Assembly (NCBI GenBank): GCA_041393965.1
Contig: JAWKJB010000002.1
Location: forward strand, 339-64,338
Direction: 5' to 3'
Origin: Acidimicrobiia bacterium
Lineage (GTDB): Bacteria > Actinomycetota > Acidimicrobiia > Spongiisociales > UBA5794
Length of the DNA: 64,000 bases
In this document: in pieces, positions 10,214 to 19,306 of the stretch
How the letters are laid out: the number at the start of each line of letters is the position of its first letter
How positions within the stretch are numbered: the stretch's first letter is position 1
Notes under the pieces: generated by a model
Database searches by the model: none
What the model was told of the DNA's origin: nothing
The model's input: the letters and a program-made list of their open reading frames with translations, nothing else
Translations under genes and position numbers: made by a program

Positions 10214-10662
10214 TGCCGATCACCTTCCGCAATGTCGACGCATCACCAACCGACGATGTCCGAACACTGCCGTATGAGGCACTGGTCACCCTGGTTGATC
10301 GCGGGCTTGTTGCCGACTGGAAGCCGCTGTTTCGCGAGATGCGCCGTTCGCCGTGGGGGAAGGTGGCCCGGCGCGTCGAACACTATCTCTCATACCGCGA
10401 ACCCGATGGTGTGAGCACCCTATTTGCCCTCGCGATCGAGCATGCCCGCAGCGATGCCGAGGCCGCTGATCGAGTCGAGGTGGCCGCCCGGATTCGAAGA
10501 GCCGCTGACGACTCGGGAATCACCAACGCCGAATTCGCTCGGCTTGTCGGAACGAGTGCCTCCCGGTTGAGCACATATCTGAGAGGCACGGTCATCCCAT
10601 CGGCCTCCATGTTGGTGCGAATCGAGCGTTGCGGCGAATACGGTGACGGTGGCGACGGCTGA
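10213..10662 (+). CDS. Hypothetical protein with a C-terminal XRE-type HTH (putative cognate regulator/antitoxin)
   Basis: C-terminal ITNAEFARLVGTSASRLSTYLRGTVIPSASMLVRIE; 1-nt overlap coupling with the upstream gene. Confidence 0.55.
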   Translation: MPITFRNVDASPTDDVRTLPYEALVTLVDRGLVADWKPLFREMRRSPWGKVARRVEHYLSYREPDGVSTLFALAIEHARSDAEAADRVEVAARIRRAADDSGITNAEFARLVGTSASRLSTYLRGTVIPSASMLVRIERCGEYGDGGDG

Positions 10663-10837
10663 TGGTGCTCCCTGACGAAGTCGCCGAGCCCCGGGTCCCC
10701 GCAGCGCCCTCCGATTCCCTTCTGTGGGTGGCTCCGGTCGAACACCAACCCTCGGCAGGCGTGAGATCGAGCCGATCATCGCGAACGCCGGCGAGATGCC
10801 CCTATCCCGCCGGGTCGAGATCGAGGGATCGCATCCG

Positions 10838-11539
10838 TCAGAGCAACCACACGGCCAGCTCGGAGTCGTCGTCCGTACGGGCGCGTTGGTGTCTTGAGGC
10901 TTGGTCGATACCTTCGATGATGAGATCGAGCCCGAACTCGAAGGAGTCACCGAAGTCGTAGCCCGGTTGGAGGACATGCTCGATAGCCAGCTCTGCCAAG
11001 TGGGGATACTCGTCGAACGGCATCGAGGCTGCGATCTCCGCAGCGGCCTTTGGCAAGTCTTCACCGGCGCCAGCGCCGGGGAGCGTTGCCTCCTCGAATG
11101 CGAAGCCGTAGATGAAGCTGTCGAGAACTGCGTATGCGTGCGCGGTCAACGCGATCGATAGGCCACCTCGTCGCAGACACCCGATGACGGCGTCGTGATG
11201 CCGAAGGTTCGCCGGACCGGGGGAGGGCCCGGACTCCATCAACGGGGCGGCCCATGGGTGGCGGTTGAGGACCGCGCGTGCCGACACGCACCGCCTGCGG
11301 ATGGCCGTCTTCCAGTCCAGGTCCTCAGGCGGCAGCTCGATCTCGGCAAAGACCAGCTCGACGATCCCGTCGATGATCGCCTCCTTCGAAGGAATGTGGT
11401 GGTAGAGCGTCATCGGTGCGGTCCCGAGCACATCGGCAAGCTTCCGCATCGTGAACGCCTCAAGCCCGTGCTCGTCGGCGAGACCAACCGCCGCTTCGAG
11501 AATGAGGGTTTGGGTGAGACGCTCCTTGCTCGTGGCCAT
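10838..11539 (-). CDS. TetR/AcrR-family transcriptional regulator
   Basis: N-terminal TetR HTH (RLTQTLILEAAVGLADEHGLEAFTMRKLADVLGTAPMTLYHHIPSKEAI). Confidence 0.8.
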   Translation of the reverse strand: MATSKERLTQTLILEAAVGLADEHGLEAFTMRKLADVLGTAPMTLYHHIPSKEAIIDGIVELVFAEIELPPEDLDWKTAIRRRCVSARAVLNRHPWAAPLMESGPSPGPANLRHHDAVIGCLRRGGLSIALTAHAYAVLDSFIYGFAFEEATLPGAGAGEDLPKAAAEIAASMPFDEYPHLAELAIEHVLQPGYDFGDSFEFGLDLIIEGIDQASRHQRARTDDDSELAVWLL

Positions 11540-11570
11540 GTACCGCATCTCCGGATTGCACATTGACGAT

Positions 11571-11615
11571 CGTACTAAGTACGAGTAGCATCATAGTCTA
11601 GCCGTACTAAGTACG
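11571..11615. promoter_or_regulatory. Two copies of the 13-bp palindrome CGTACTAAGTACG (11571-11583 and 11603-11615) in the TetR / MDR-oxidoreductase divergent intergenic region; candidate tandem TetR operators
   Basis: Exact duplicated palindromes 32 bp apart, between divergent genes. Confidence 0.55.
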
Positions 11616-11637
11616 GTAATCAAGTCTTGGAGGAAGC

Positions 11638-12681
11638 ATGGGACGGCAACATACGACCAGCGACGCAGCAGGCGCTACATCAGCCCCCCGAATGAAGGCC
11701 GTCGTCCAGCGGGCGTACGGGTCCGCCGACACGCTCGAACTCGTGGAGGTCGATAGTCCCGAGATCGGGCCAACCGAAGTGCTGGTCGAGGTCTGGGCCG
11801 CAGGGGTCGATCGAGGCGTGTGGCACATCATGACCGGACTGCCGTACCTGGTTCGCATCATGGGCTATGGCCTCAGACGACCAAAGACGGCCGTTCTCGG
11901 GTTCGATCTGTCAGGGCGCGTCGTCGCCGTCGGCGCCGAGGTTGAACGGTTCGAGGTCGGGGACGAGGTCTTCGGCATCGGCCGGGGCTCATTTGCCGAG
12001 TACGCGGTCGCAGACGAATCGAAACTGGTTGCCAAGCCAACAGGGATCACCCACGCGGAAGCGGCCGTTGCTGCGATCTCAGGCACCACAGCAGTCCAAG
12101 CGGTGACTGATGTCGGAAGGCTCGAACCCGGTCAGACCGTGCTGGTGATCGGCGCCTCGGGTGGCGTCGGGAGCTACGCCGTTCAGCTTGCCAAGGCCCT
12201 TGGTGGAACCGTCACGGGCGTCGCACGAGGCGCCAAGGCCGGATTCGTGCAGGACCTCGGCGCCGACTATGTCATCGACTACACCAAGACTGACTACTTG
12301 GACGGCGCCAGCCGGTACGACCTCATCGTCGACGCCGGCGGCGGAAACCCGGTGAGAAAGCTGCGTCGGGCGCTCACCCGGCATGGGACACTGGTCATCG
12401 TCGGTGCCGAAGGCGGTGGGCGCTGGACGGGCGGCGTTGGTCGATCGCTCCGAGCGTTCATCCTGTCGCCGATGGTTCCCCAGCGACTCACCTCGTTCAT
12501 CGCCAAGGAAGGGCACGAACACATCGCGCGGGTCGCGGAGTACCTCAGAACCGGTGAGATGGTGGCAGCCGTTGGGGAGCGGTTCGAGCTCGCCGATGCC
12601 GCAGAGGCGCTTCGCAGACTCGAAGCTGGCACGACCAGCGGCAAGTCCGTCATCATCGTGAAAGCGGACCATGAATCGTGA
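11638..12681 (+). CDS. Zinc-independent MDR-family NAD(P)H:quinone oxidoreductase / alcohol dehydrogenase-like protein
   Basis: GxGxxG (VIGASGGVGSYAVQLA); ADH_N/ADH_zinc_N-like architecture; good SD GGAGGA upstream. Confidence 0.75.
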   Translation: MGRQHTTSDAAGATSAPRMKAVVQRAYGSADTLELVEVDSPEIGPTEVLVEVWAAGVDRGVWHIMTGLPYLVRIMGYGLRRPKTAVLGFDLSGRVVAVGAEVERFEVGDEVFGIGRGSFAEYAVADESKLVAKPTGITHAEAAVAAISGTTAVQAVTDVGRLEPGQTVLVIGASGGVGSYAVQLAKALGGTVTGVARGAKAGFVQDLGADYVIDYTKTDYLDGASRYDLIVDAGGGNPVRKLRRALTRHGTLVIVGAEGGGRWTGGVGRSLRAFILSPMVPQRLTSFIAKEGHEHIARVAEYLRTGEMVAAVGERFELADAAEALRRLEAGTTSGKSVIIVKADHES

Positions 12682-12768
12682 ACACCTGATGGGAATCGGT
12701 CCGTGGTCCGTCTCGGGGCGGGGATCCGATACGGTGTGGCTACGGTTGGACACCGCGGAGGCAGCAAC

Positions 12769-13692
12769 ATGGCGGTGATCGTCGTCGACGAGTTGACCAA
12801 GAGCTACGACGACAGGGTCGTTGTCGACGATGTGTCATTCACGGTGGAGGAGGGCGAGATCTTCGCCATCCTCGGGCCAAACGGGGCGGGCAAGACGACG
12901 ACGGTGGAATCGATAGCGGGGCTGCGCACGCCCGATTCCGGGCACATCGAGGTGTTCGGCTTCGATCCGCTTGCCGATCGGGTCCAGGTCCGGAGCCGAC
13001 TCGGCGTGCAACTCCAAGAGAGCCGTTTCCAGGACCGCATCAAGGTGCGGGAGGTCATCGAGACATTCGCCTCGTTCTAGCCCGAACCCCTCGGTGTCAG
13101 TCAGCTCCTTGACCGTCTCCGACTCGACGACAAGGCCGATACGAGGTACGCGAGACTGTCCGGGGGCCAACAGCAGCGCGTCTCGATCGCGGTTGCCCTC
13201 GTTGGTCGACCTCGCGTCGTCATCCTCGACGAGTTGACGACCGGTCTGGATCCGCAAGCCCGACGAGAAACATGGGGCTTGGTCGAAGAGCTTCGCGATG
13301 GCGGTGTGACGATCGTCCTTGTCACCCATTTCATGGAGGAGGCAGAGCGGCTTGCGGACCGCCTTGCGCTGATCGACGAGGGGCGACTCGTGGCGCTCGA
13401 CACCCCCCGCGGGCTTGTCGAGCGTGTAGGTCTGGAGCAGCGACTTCGGTTCGTCACCGCAGAGATCGTCGAGGACGCGTGGCTCGAAGCCCTCCCGGAG
13501 GTCACCGGGGTGACCCGGGCCGGAAGCGAGATCGTGGTAACCGGCAACGACAAGATGCTGTTTGCCGTTGTGTCCCTCCTTGCCGGTCGTGAGATCGTCC
13601 CCGACCGGCTCCAAGTCGACCAGCCCACCCTCGACGACGCGTTCGTCGCCATCACCGGGCGCCGCCTCGACACGGCTGAGGAGCTGTCATGA
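12769..13692 (+). pseudogene. ABC transporter ATP-binding protein interrupted by a single in-frame TAG at 13078-13080
   Basis: Walker A (GPNGAGKTT) before the stop. LSGGQQQRVSIA signature, Walker B (VVILDELTTGLDP) and H-loop (VTHFMEE) follow in the same frame. The only disruption is ...ETFASF*PEPLGV... Confidence 0.7.
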
Positions 13693-14432
13693 AGGCACTC
13701 ACCGCGCTCACCAAGTCCCAGTCGAAGGTCTTCTTGCGGGAGCCGCTGTCCGTCTTCTTCGGTCTGGTGTTCCCGGCGCTGCTCCTCGTCATCATCGGAA
13801 CGGTCTATCCGGGTGCCACGGATCCGGACCCGGGGTTGGGAGGTCGCAGTCTCGTCGAGGTCTATGCCCCCGTGAGCATCGCCCTTGGACTGGCTACGGT
13901 TGCGCTCTCCCTCCTTCCCGCGACGCTCGGTGGCGATCGGGAGCGGGGCATCCTGCGACGACTATCGACAACTCCCGTTCACCCCAGGACGCTTGTGGCT
14001 GCTCACCTGATTGTGCAGTTTGTCGTGGTGACCATCGCTGCGGTTGCGGCCGTCTTGCTCGGGATGCTGGTCTTCGACATCCCGTTTCCCGAACTTCCCT
14101 GGTGGTTCGCCGTCTCCTACGCGTTGGGGGCGGTCTGCCTGCTGACGGTCGGATCGTTGATCGGGGCCGCGGTGTCAACGGCGAGCTCGGGTCAGGCGCT
14201 CGGGATGCTGTTCTACTTCCCATTGCTCTTCTTCGCAGGGGTCTACATCCCGCTCGAGGTGATGCCAGAAGGGATTCGGACCGTGAGCAGCTATACCCCG
14301 AGCGGGGCAGCCGTGCAGGCCCTTTCGGCGAGTTGGGCGGGGACTGTGCCCGCAGCGTCGAGCGTCGTAATGATGGTGGTGTATGTGGTGGTGCTCGGTT
14401 CAGTGGCCATATGGATCTTCCGCTGGGACTGA
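13689..14432 (+). CDS. ABC-2 family transporter permease
   Basis: 6 TM segments; 4-nt overlap with the ATPase gene. Confidence 0.7.
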   Translation: MKALTALTKSQSKVFLREPLSVFFGLVFPALLLVIIGTVYPGATDPDPGLGGRSLVEVYAPVSIALGLATVALSLLPATLGGDRERGILRRLSTTPVHPRTLVAAHLIVQFVVVTIAAVAAVLLGMLVFDIPFPELPWWFAVSYALGAVCLLTVGSLIGAAVSTASSGQALGMLFYFPLLFFAGVYIPLEVMPEGIRTVSSYTPSGAAVQALSASWAGTVPAASSVVMMVVYVVVLGSVAIWIFRWD

Positions 14433-14436
14433 TCAC

Positions 14437-15066
14437 CTACACGGTGGCGGTGTCACCCCAGTCGAGATCGAGGACCTCGATGTCGGCGTCGGCGAGCGCC
14501 CCACTCACCAACTGACGGATCCAAGCCCGTCCGCGTGCGCTCAGATAGAAGTCGTGGATGGGCACGACCTGGGCCGGTCGAAGCCGCTTGGCGAACTCGA
14601 CGGCACCCGTGGCCGAATCCCACGGGACAAGGATCGGGAGAGCGAGGACGGGTGCAGTGCTCGTTGGGTCACGACTGTCCCCTGGGTGGGTGAACACATC
14701 GTCAACTGTGAAGGCCCGATTGGGAGGTTGTGACCCGTTCGGGATCTTGCCGTGGAGGACATCCTCGACGCTGAATCCCGCCGGGACTTCCGTCGACACA
14801 TCGATGTCGTGCGCGGCCAGCAGGTCCGCAACTGCCTGGTTCGAATGCACCGCTACATCGTCGCCACGGCCGATCAGCCACTTCACGAAATCGGGATGGA
14901 CATGATCCCCGTGTTCGTGGGTGATCGCGACGGTGGTGATGTCACCCAACGAATCGAGATCGACCTCGCCGGATAGGAAACTGTGGAAGCCCGGATCGAA
15001 CAGGGTCGCAGTGATATCAGTGACGATGCTGACACAGGAATCCGTGAGTCGTGTGATCGTTGCCAT
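14437..15066 (-). CDS. MBL-fold metallo-hydrolase
   Basis: HEHGDH motif; start at the internal ATG (MATITRL...). Confidence 0.65.
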   Translation of the reverse strand: MATITRLTDSCVSIVTDITATLFDPGFHSFLSGEVDLDSLGDITTVAITHEHGDHVHPDFVKWLIGRGDDVAVHSNQAVADLLAAHDIDVSTEVPAGFSVEDVLHGKIPNGSQPPNRAFTVDDVFTHPGDSRDPTSTAPVLALPILVPWDSATGAVEFAKRLRPAQVVPIHDFYLSARGRAWIRQLVSGALADADIEVLDLDWGDTATV

Positions 15067-15229
15067 GCCACCAAACATAGTTGCCGAGACCGACCGTGAT
15101 GACGCTCGGCTCGCTCGCTGCGCGGCGTGAGGTGAGCGACCTGCATCGGTTGCCTTTCGGGCGGGCTCGCTCGTCGACATCTCGTGTGCGGACCGGCATG
15201 CCCATTCGGCATCCGACCGATCGCCGAAC

Positions 15230-15596
15230 CTACGATGTCACCGTTGGCTCGCTGTCACATATCCGAAGCGGCGTTTCAACAGGAAGCTCGCTTGCCATCT
15301 GCATGTGCTGTTTGGCGAAATCGATCGCCCAGTCCACATCAGCCGGTCCCCGGATCCAGCCGCCCTGCGTCAAGGTATCCAGGAACAGCTCGATGTACTC
15401 CGACGGCGACATGTCGAGGTCTCGGACGACGAAAGTTGTCGTGGCCTTATGACTCACGAACCCACCAACGGAACGGTCGCATCCACAGTCGGGACAGTCA
15501 CACGTCAGCGGTGGTAAATGAACCAGCTCACCGGGGATGGTGAAGGAGAAGTCGCTTTCAAGTTCCGAGGTCTGCTCAGCAACGAATACTCTCACG
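15230..15596 (-). CDS. Small cysteine-cluster protein (CDCPDCGCD), hypothetical
   Basis: GTG start with AAGGA SD 7 nt upstream; the C-terminal 121 aa of the longer ORF are protein-like. Confidence 0.4.
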
Positions 15597-15710
15597 GGGG
15601 CATCCTTTCGGTCGTGGCTCGATCGTATCTCACGGCTGTGACAGGATCGAACAGCTCGGAACAACGAAGGGCCCCCTTGCCGGGCGCCGCCCTCGCCACC
15701 GAGACCTGCC

Positions 15711-16349
15711 TCAGCGACGCGGCGATGCGGGTGACGGCAAGTGGTGCGACAGCTCGGCCAGATCGGCGACCGTTGCCGTTGCGGATGGGAACTCGGAGGG
15801 TCGATGGTTCGTGATTCCGATGAATCCGGTACCCGCGGCGCGAGCGGCTTCCATGTCCCATGTGGAGTCGCCAACCATCGTTGCGTCCGAACGAGATACG
15901 CCCAAGAGCCGGCACGCTTCGATGAGCTGGTCGGGGGCAGGTTTGGGGCGCAGGTCATGGCGTCGGCCAACGACCGTCGTGAACGGAACCGCGTGTGTCT
16001 CCAGCGCGCGCCGCGCCGCGTCGGGCCCCACAAGGGTGACGACCGCGACCGGTGTGTCCGCGACGGCATCGATCAGGTCTCCGAGTCCCGTCATCGGTCG
16101 GGACCGGGGAACTGCTGCGAGTTCGTGGTGCTCGATGCTGTCCGAAAGGGCCTGCCAGCGGGCATCCCCGGCCAGGGCCACGAGAGCTTCCATGCAGATC
16201 CTTGCCGGTGCATCCCAACTCGTGTCCGGAGCGCCCGGTTCTGACCACTGCCCGACCAGGGTCCTTGCATCTTCGAGCGCAGCGCCGTAATCGGTGTGGC
16301 CCTGAATATCGATCAGTGTCCAGTCGAGATCCAACAACAGCGCTTGCAT
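15711..16349 (-). CDS. HAD-family hydrolase
   Basis: LLLDLDWTLID (motif I DxD); later motifs GDSTWD. Confidence 0.7.
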   Translation of the reverse strand: MQALLLDLDWTLIDIQGHTDYGAALEDARTLVGQWSEPGAPDTSWDAPARICMEALVALAGDARWQALSDSIEHHELAAVPRSRPMTGLGDLIDAVADTPVAVVTLVGPDAARRALETHAVPFTTVVGRRHDLRPKPAPDQLIEACRLLGVSRSDATMVGDSTWDMEAARAAGTGFIGITNHRPSEFPSATATVADLAELSHHLPSPASPRR

Positions 16350-16547
16350 GCCGATGCACTGTAGACAGCGGGTGGGTTCCCCGCAGGCATCGACCGAGGG
16401 TGACCGCGACGCCTCCGCGGTGTTTGTCAGCAGGCGATTCCGAGGCATGGAGTCGAATCACGCGCCCTGTGTGTGTCGATCACAGATAGAATCGACTTCA
16501 GAGCGGCGGCCGGGGGCGTCAACCTGCATGCTCACAACGGAGGCCTG

Positions 16548-16943
16548 ATGAAGGCGTATGGACTGAAGACAACGACCGCCCTATCGATGGAAGACGCAGA
16601 GGCTGCGGCACGCCAGGCACTGGCTTCGGAGGGGTTCGGGGTGCTCACCGAGATCGATGTTGCCGCCACCCTTCGGGAGAAGCTCGGTGTAGACAGGTCC
16701 CCATACCGGATTCTCGGTGCGTGCAATCCACGACTCGCCGAGCAGGCGCTCGAGTCGGAATCCGATGTGGGGCTGCTGTTGCCGTGCAATGTGGTGGTCT
16801 ACGAGGATGGCGAATCGACGGTCGTGGCAGCCCTCGACCCGGGCATCATGGTGGATCTGACCGCCAACCCGGAGCTCGAAGCCATCGCTTCCGAAGCAAG
16901 GGAGCGCCTTGGCAGGGTCATCGCTGCGGTGCCGTCCGGGTAA
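16548..16943 (+). CDS. DUF302 domain protein
   Basis: MKAYGLKTT...GFGVLTEIDVAATLREKLGVD pattern typical of DUF302. Confidence 0.6.
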   Translation: MKAYGLKTTTALSMEDAEAAARQALASEGFGVLTEIDVAATLREKLGVDRSPYRILGACNPRLAEQALESESDVGLLLPCNVVVYEDGESTVVAALDPGIMVDLTANPELEAIASEARERLGRVIAAVPSG

Positions 16944-16959
16944 TTGTCGAGACGCCATC

Positions 16960-17448
16960 GTGAGCACGGATGTCGTTGCGGTCGTTGAGATACCGAAGGG
17001 GAGCCGCAACAAATACGAGATGGATGCCGCGACCGGCCGGATCTTCCTGGATCGGATGCTGTTCACCGCGACACGCTATCCGGCCGACTATGGCTTCGTG
17101 GAAGGCACTGCAGCCGAAGACGGTGATCCGCTCGATGTGCTGATCCTGGTGGGAGAGCCGACCTTCCCGGGATGTCGGATCGAGGTTCGGCCGATCGGCG
17201 TCTTCTTGATGGAAGACTCGGGCCTTCGCGATCACAAGGTGATTTCCGTTCCGGCAGGGGACCCCCGGTGGGCCGATATCGTCGATATCGAAGATCTCGA
17301 TGTGCACCTGCGCCGCGAATTGGAGCACTTCTTCGAGGTATACAAGGCGTTGGAGGACAAGAAGACCGCAGCATTGGGGTGGCAAGGAGTCGCAGAGGCC
17401 CGCGACATCATCGACGCCGCACGAGAGGCATTCCGCGAAGCCGAGTGA
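16960..17448 (+). CDS. ppa: Inorganic pyrophosphatase
   Basis: EIPKGSRNKYEMD, DYGF, DGDPLDVL motifs; GTG start. Confidence 0.85.
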   Translation: MSTDVVAVVEIPKGSRNKYEMDAATGRIFLDRMLFTATRYPADYGFVEGTAAEDGDPLDVLILVGEPTFPGCRIEVRPIGVFLMEDSGLRDHKVISVPAGDPRWADIVDIEDLDVHLRRELEHFFEVYKALEDKKTAALGWQGVAEARDIIDAAREAFREAE

Positions 17449-17490
17449 TGCGGGAGGGCTCCCTCCTCGCCAGACAGCTTCTATTATTCC

Positions 17491-17545
17491 GCCGCGGCGA
17501 TGGAGCTCGCCGAAAGCGCCCGACGGGCTGATGGCTCCTATTGAG
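17491..17545 (+). ncRNA. Fluoride riboswitch (crcB RNA motif)
   Basis: GCGGCGAUGGAGCUCGCC GAAAGCGCC CGACGGG CUGAUGGCUCC UAUUG aligns with the T. petrophila fluoride riboswitch (GGCGAUGGnnnnCGCC...AAnCnGCC...CUGAUGnnnCCU). Confidence 0.9.
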
Positions 17546-17640
17546 ACCACCCATCGAGGAGCCTCGTGTTTGAGCGGACCCGCGAACGACGACGATCTTG
17601 TACGGACCTGATCCGGCGGCTCGCGGCGCCCGGAGCGGTG

Positions 17641-17991
17641 ATGGCCGGTGGCCTCCTGGGATCGGGTCTGCGGGTGGCAGTCGTTGACCTGCTCCCGACA
17701 ACTCCGGGCCGTTTCCCGACGACCACGCTTGCGGTGAACCTCGCAGGTTCGCTCCTCGTCGGTTTCTACCTCGCTCGGCGGCAACGCGCCGTCATCGCCG
17801 AGTGGTCGCTACGGTTCTGGGCGATCGGGGTGCTCGGCTCGTTCACCACCTTCTCGATGTTCAGCGTCGAGGTGTTCGGGCTTCTCGACATGGACGCGAC
17901 TGTGGTTGCCGTCGGCTATGTCGGGGCATCGCTGCTCGGGGGCGTCGCGGCGGCGCTTGTCGGTAGACGGCTCGGAACGGTGGGCTGGTGA
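17641..17991 (+). CDS. crcB: Fluoride ion channel CrcB/FluC (subunit 1)
   Basis: 4-TM small protein with the GSFTTFSMF motif; directly downstream of the fluoride riboswitch. Confidence 0.8.
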   Translation: MAGGLLGSGLRVAVVDLLPTTPGRFPTTTLAVNLAGSLLVGFYLARRQRAVIAEWSLRFWAIGVLGSFTTFSMFSVEVFGLLDMDATVVAVGYVGASLLGGVAAALVGRRLGTVGW

Positions 17992-18338
17992 CGATCGTTG
18001 TGGCCGTCGTGGCAGGATCGGTCGGAGCTGTGGTGCGCTACGGGCTATCGGGCGCCGTTCAGCGTCGCAGCAGCTCCCTGCTGCCGCTCGGCACCGCCGC
18101 TGTGAACCTCGTCGGAGCGTTCCTGTTGGGGGTCGTCGTCGGGATCGGCGCCAGTACGCTGTGGTCGGTTGCGACGATGGGCCTCACGGGCGGCCTGTCG
18201 ACCTTCTCAACATGGATGGTCGAGACCGTCGAGCTCGGTGTCAATCCGAGGCCGACACGACGGGCCATCGTGAACCTCACGCTGATGACCGTGCTGGGGG
18301 TCGTACTGGCGGCTGCCGGTTACTACCTCGGGAATTGA
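17988..18338 (+). CDS. crcB: Fluoride ion channel CrcB/FluC (subunit 2)
   Basis: Paralogous 4-TM protein, GGLSTFSTW motif; 4-nt overlap. Confidence 0.8.
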   Translation: MTIVVAVVAGSVGAVVRYGLSGAVQRRSSSLLPLGTAAVNLVGAFLLGVVVGIGASTLWSVATMGLTGGLSTFSTWMVETVELGVNPRPTRRAIVNLTLMTVLGVVLAAAGYYLGN

Positions 18339-18350
18339 CAGGAGCACATC

Positions 18351-18695
18351 GTGGACCACGAAACTGACAATCGACTGCTCCGGATCTACATCGGAGAATC
18401 CGACACCTACGAAGGGCAGCCCCTGTATCAGGCCATTGTCGGGGCCATCCGTACGGCGGGACTCGCCGGCGCGACGGTGCTGCGCGGTATCGAGGGTTTC
18501 GGCAAGTCCAGCCACCTCCACACCGCACACATCCTGCGGCTGTCCGAGGACCTTCCGATCGTGATCGAATGCGTCGATACCGCAGACCACATCGAGGCCA
18601 TCTTCCCCGTGCTGGACGAGATGATCGGCGACGGATTGGTCACCATGGAACGAATCGAAGTCCGGACCTACCGCGCCGAACCCACCGAACCCTGA
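18351..18695 (+). CDS. DUF190 domain protein (PII-like, fluoride-regulon associated)
   Basis: LLRIYIGESDTYEGQPLYQAIV...GATVLRGIEGFG pattern. Confidence 0.7.
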   Translation: MDHETDNRLLRIYIGESDTYEGQPLYQAIVGAIRTAGLAGATVLRGIEGFGKSSHLHTAHILRLSEDLPIVIECVDTADHIEAIFPVLDEMIGDGLVTMERIEVRTYRAEPTEP

Positions 18696-19306
18696 CAGTT
18701 GCGGGCGGCGTAAGTCTTGGCGGTGTCGATCCGTGACCGATCGAAGCGTCGCCTTCGCGTCCACCCCAGGAACACGCTTGCCCCGACCGCGGCTACGGCT
18801 GCAGCCGTGTTGAACACGATATCAACGGGATCGAAGACACGGTTCGGTACGACGACCTGAATCAACTCGTCGACGAAACCGAGGAGCGTGGTGGCTCCGA
18901 TGGCGAGCCATGCCGGTCTCGGCACGGGACGCCCATTCCGGCGTCGCTCCAGCAGAGCTTGGTAGATCAGGACGGCGACCACGGCGTACTCCATCAGGTG
19001 ACTGCGCTCGACGGGGCTTGCAAGGCGAGTGACCACGAGGACGAGAGTGGCCCCGATACCGAGCCACACGAAGATCTCGGCGACGCCGACAGACCGCTTG
19101 ATGCCCTGGGTGGCGATCGTGGCAAGCACCAAAAGGGCACCGACGACGAAGGTCGTTGCGTTGAGCGCACGATCACCGATGAGTTCCGCGAGCGCCCCCG
19201 CAAGCCCGAGGGTGAGATAGATCAAGGCCACCACAGCGAATGCGAAGAACCACAACATCCGCTCTCGTTGTGAAGTGAACCATGAGTGCCGGGGACTGTC
19301 CGTCAT
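18668..19306 (-). CDS. VanZ-like family membrane protein
   Basis: HLMEYAVVAVL...FVDELIQVVVPNRVFDPVDIVFNTAAAVAAVG conserved VanZ core. Confidence 0.6.
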   Translation of the reverse strand: MTDSPRHSWFTSQRERMLWFFAFAVVALIYLTLGLAGALAELIGDRALNATTFVVGALLVLATIATQGIKRSVGVAEIFVWLGIGATLVLVVTRLASPVERSHLMEYAVVAVLIYQALLERRRNGRPVPRPAWLAIGATTLLGFVDELIQVVVPNRVFDPVDIVFNTAAAVAAVGASVFLGWTRRRRFDRSRIDTAKTYAARNCQGSVGSAR

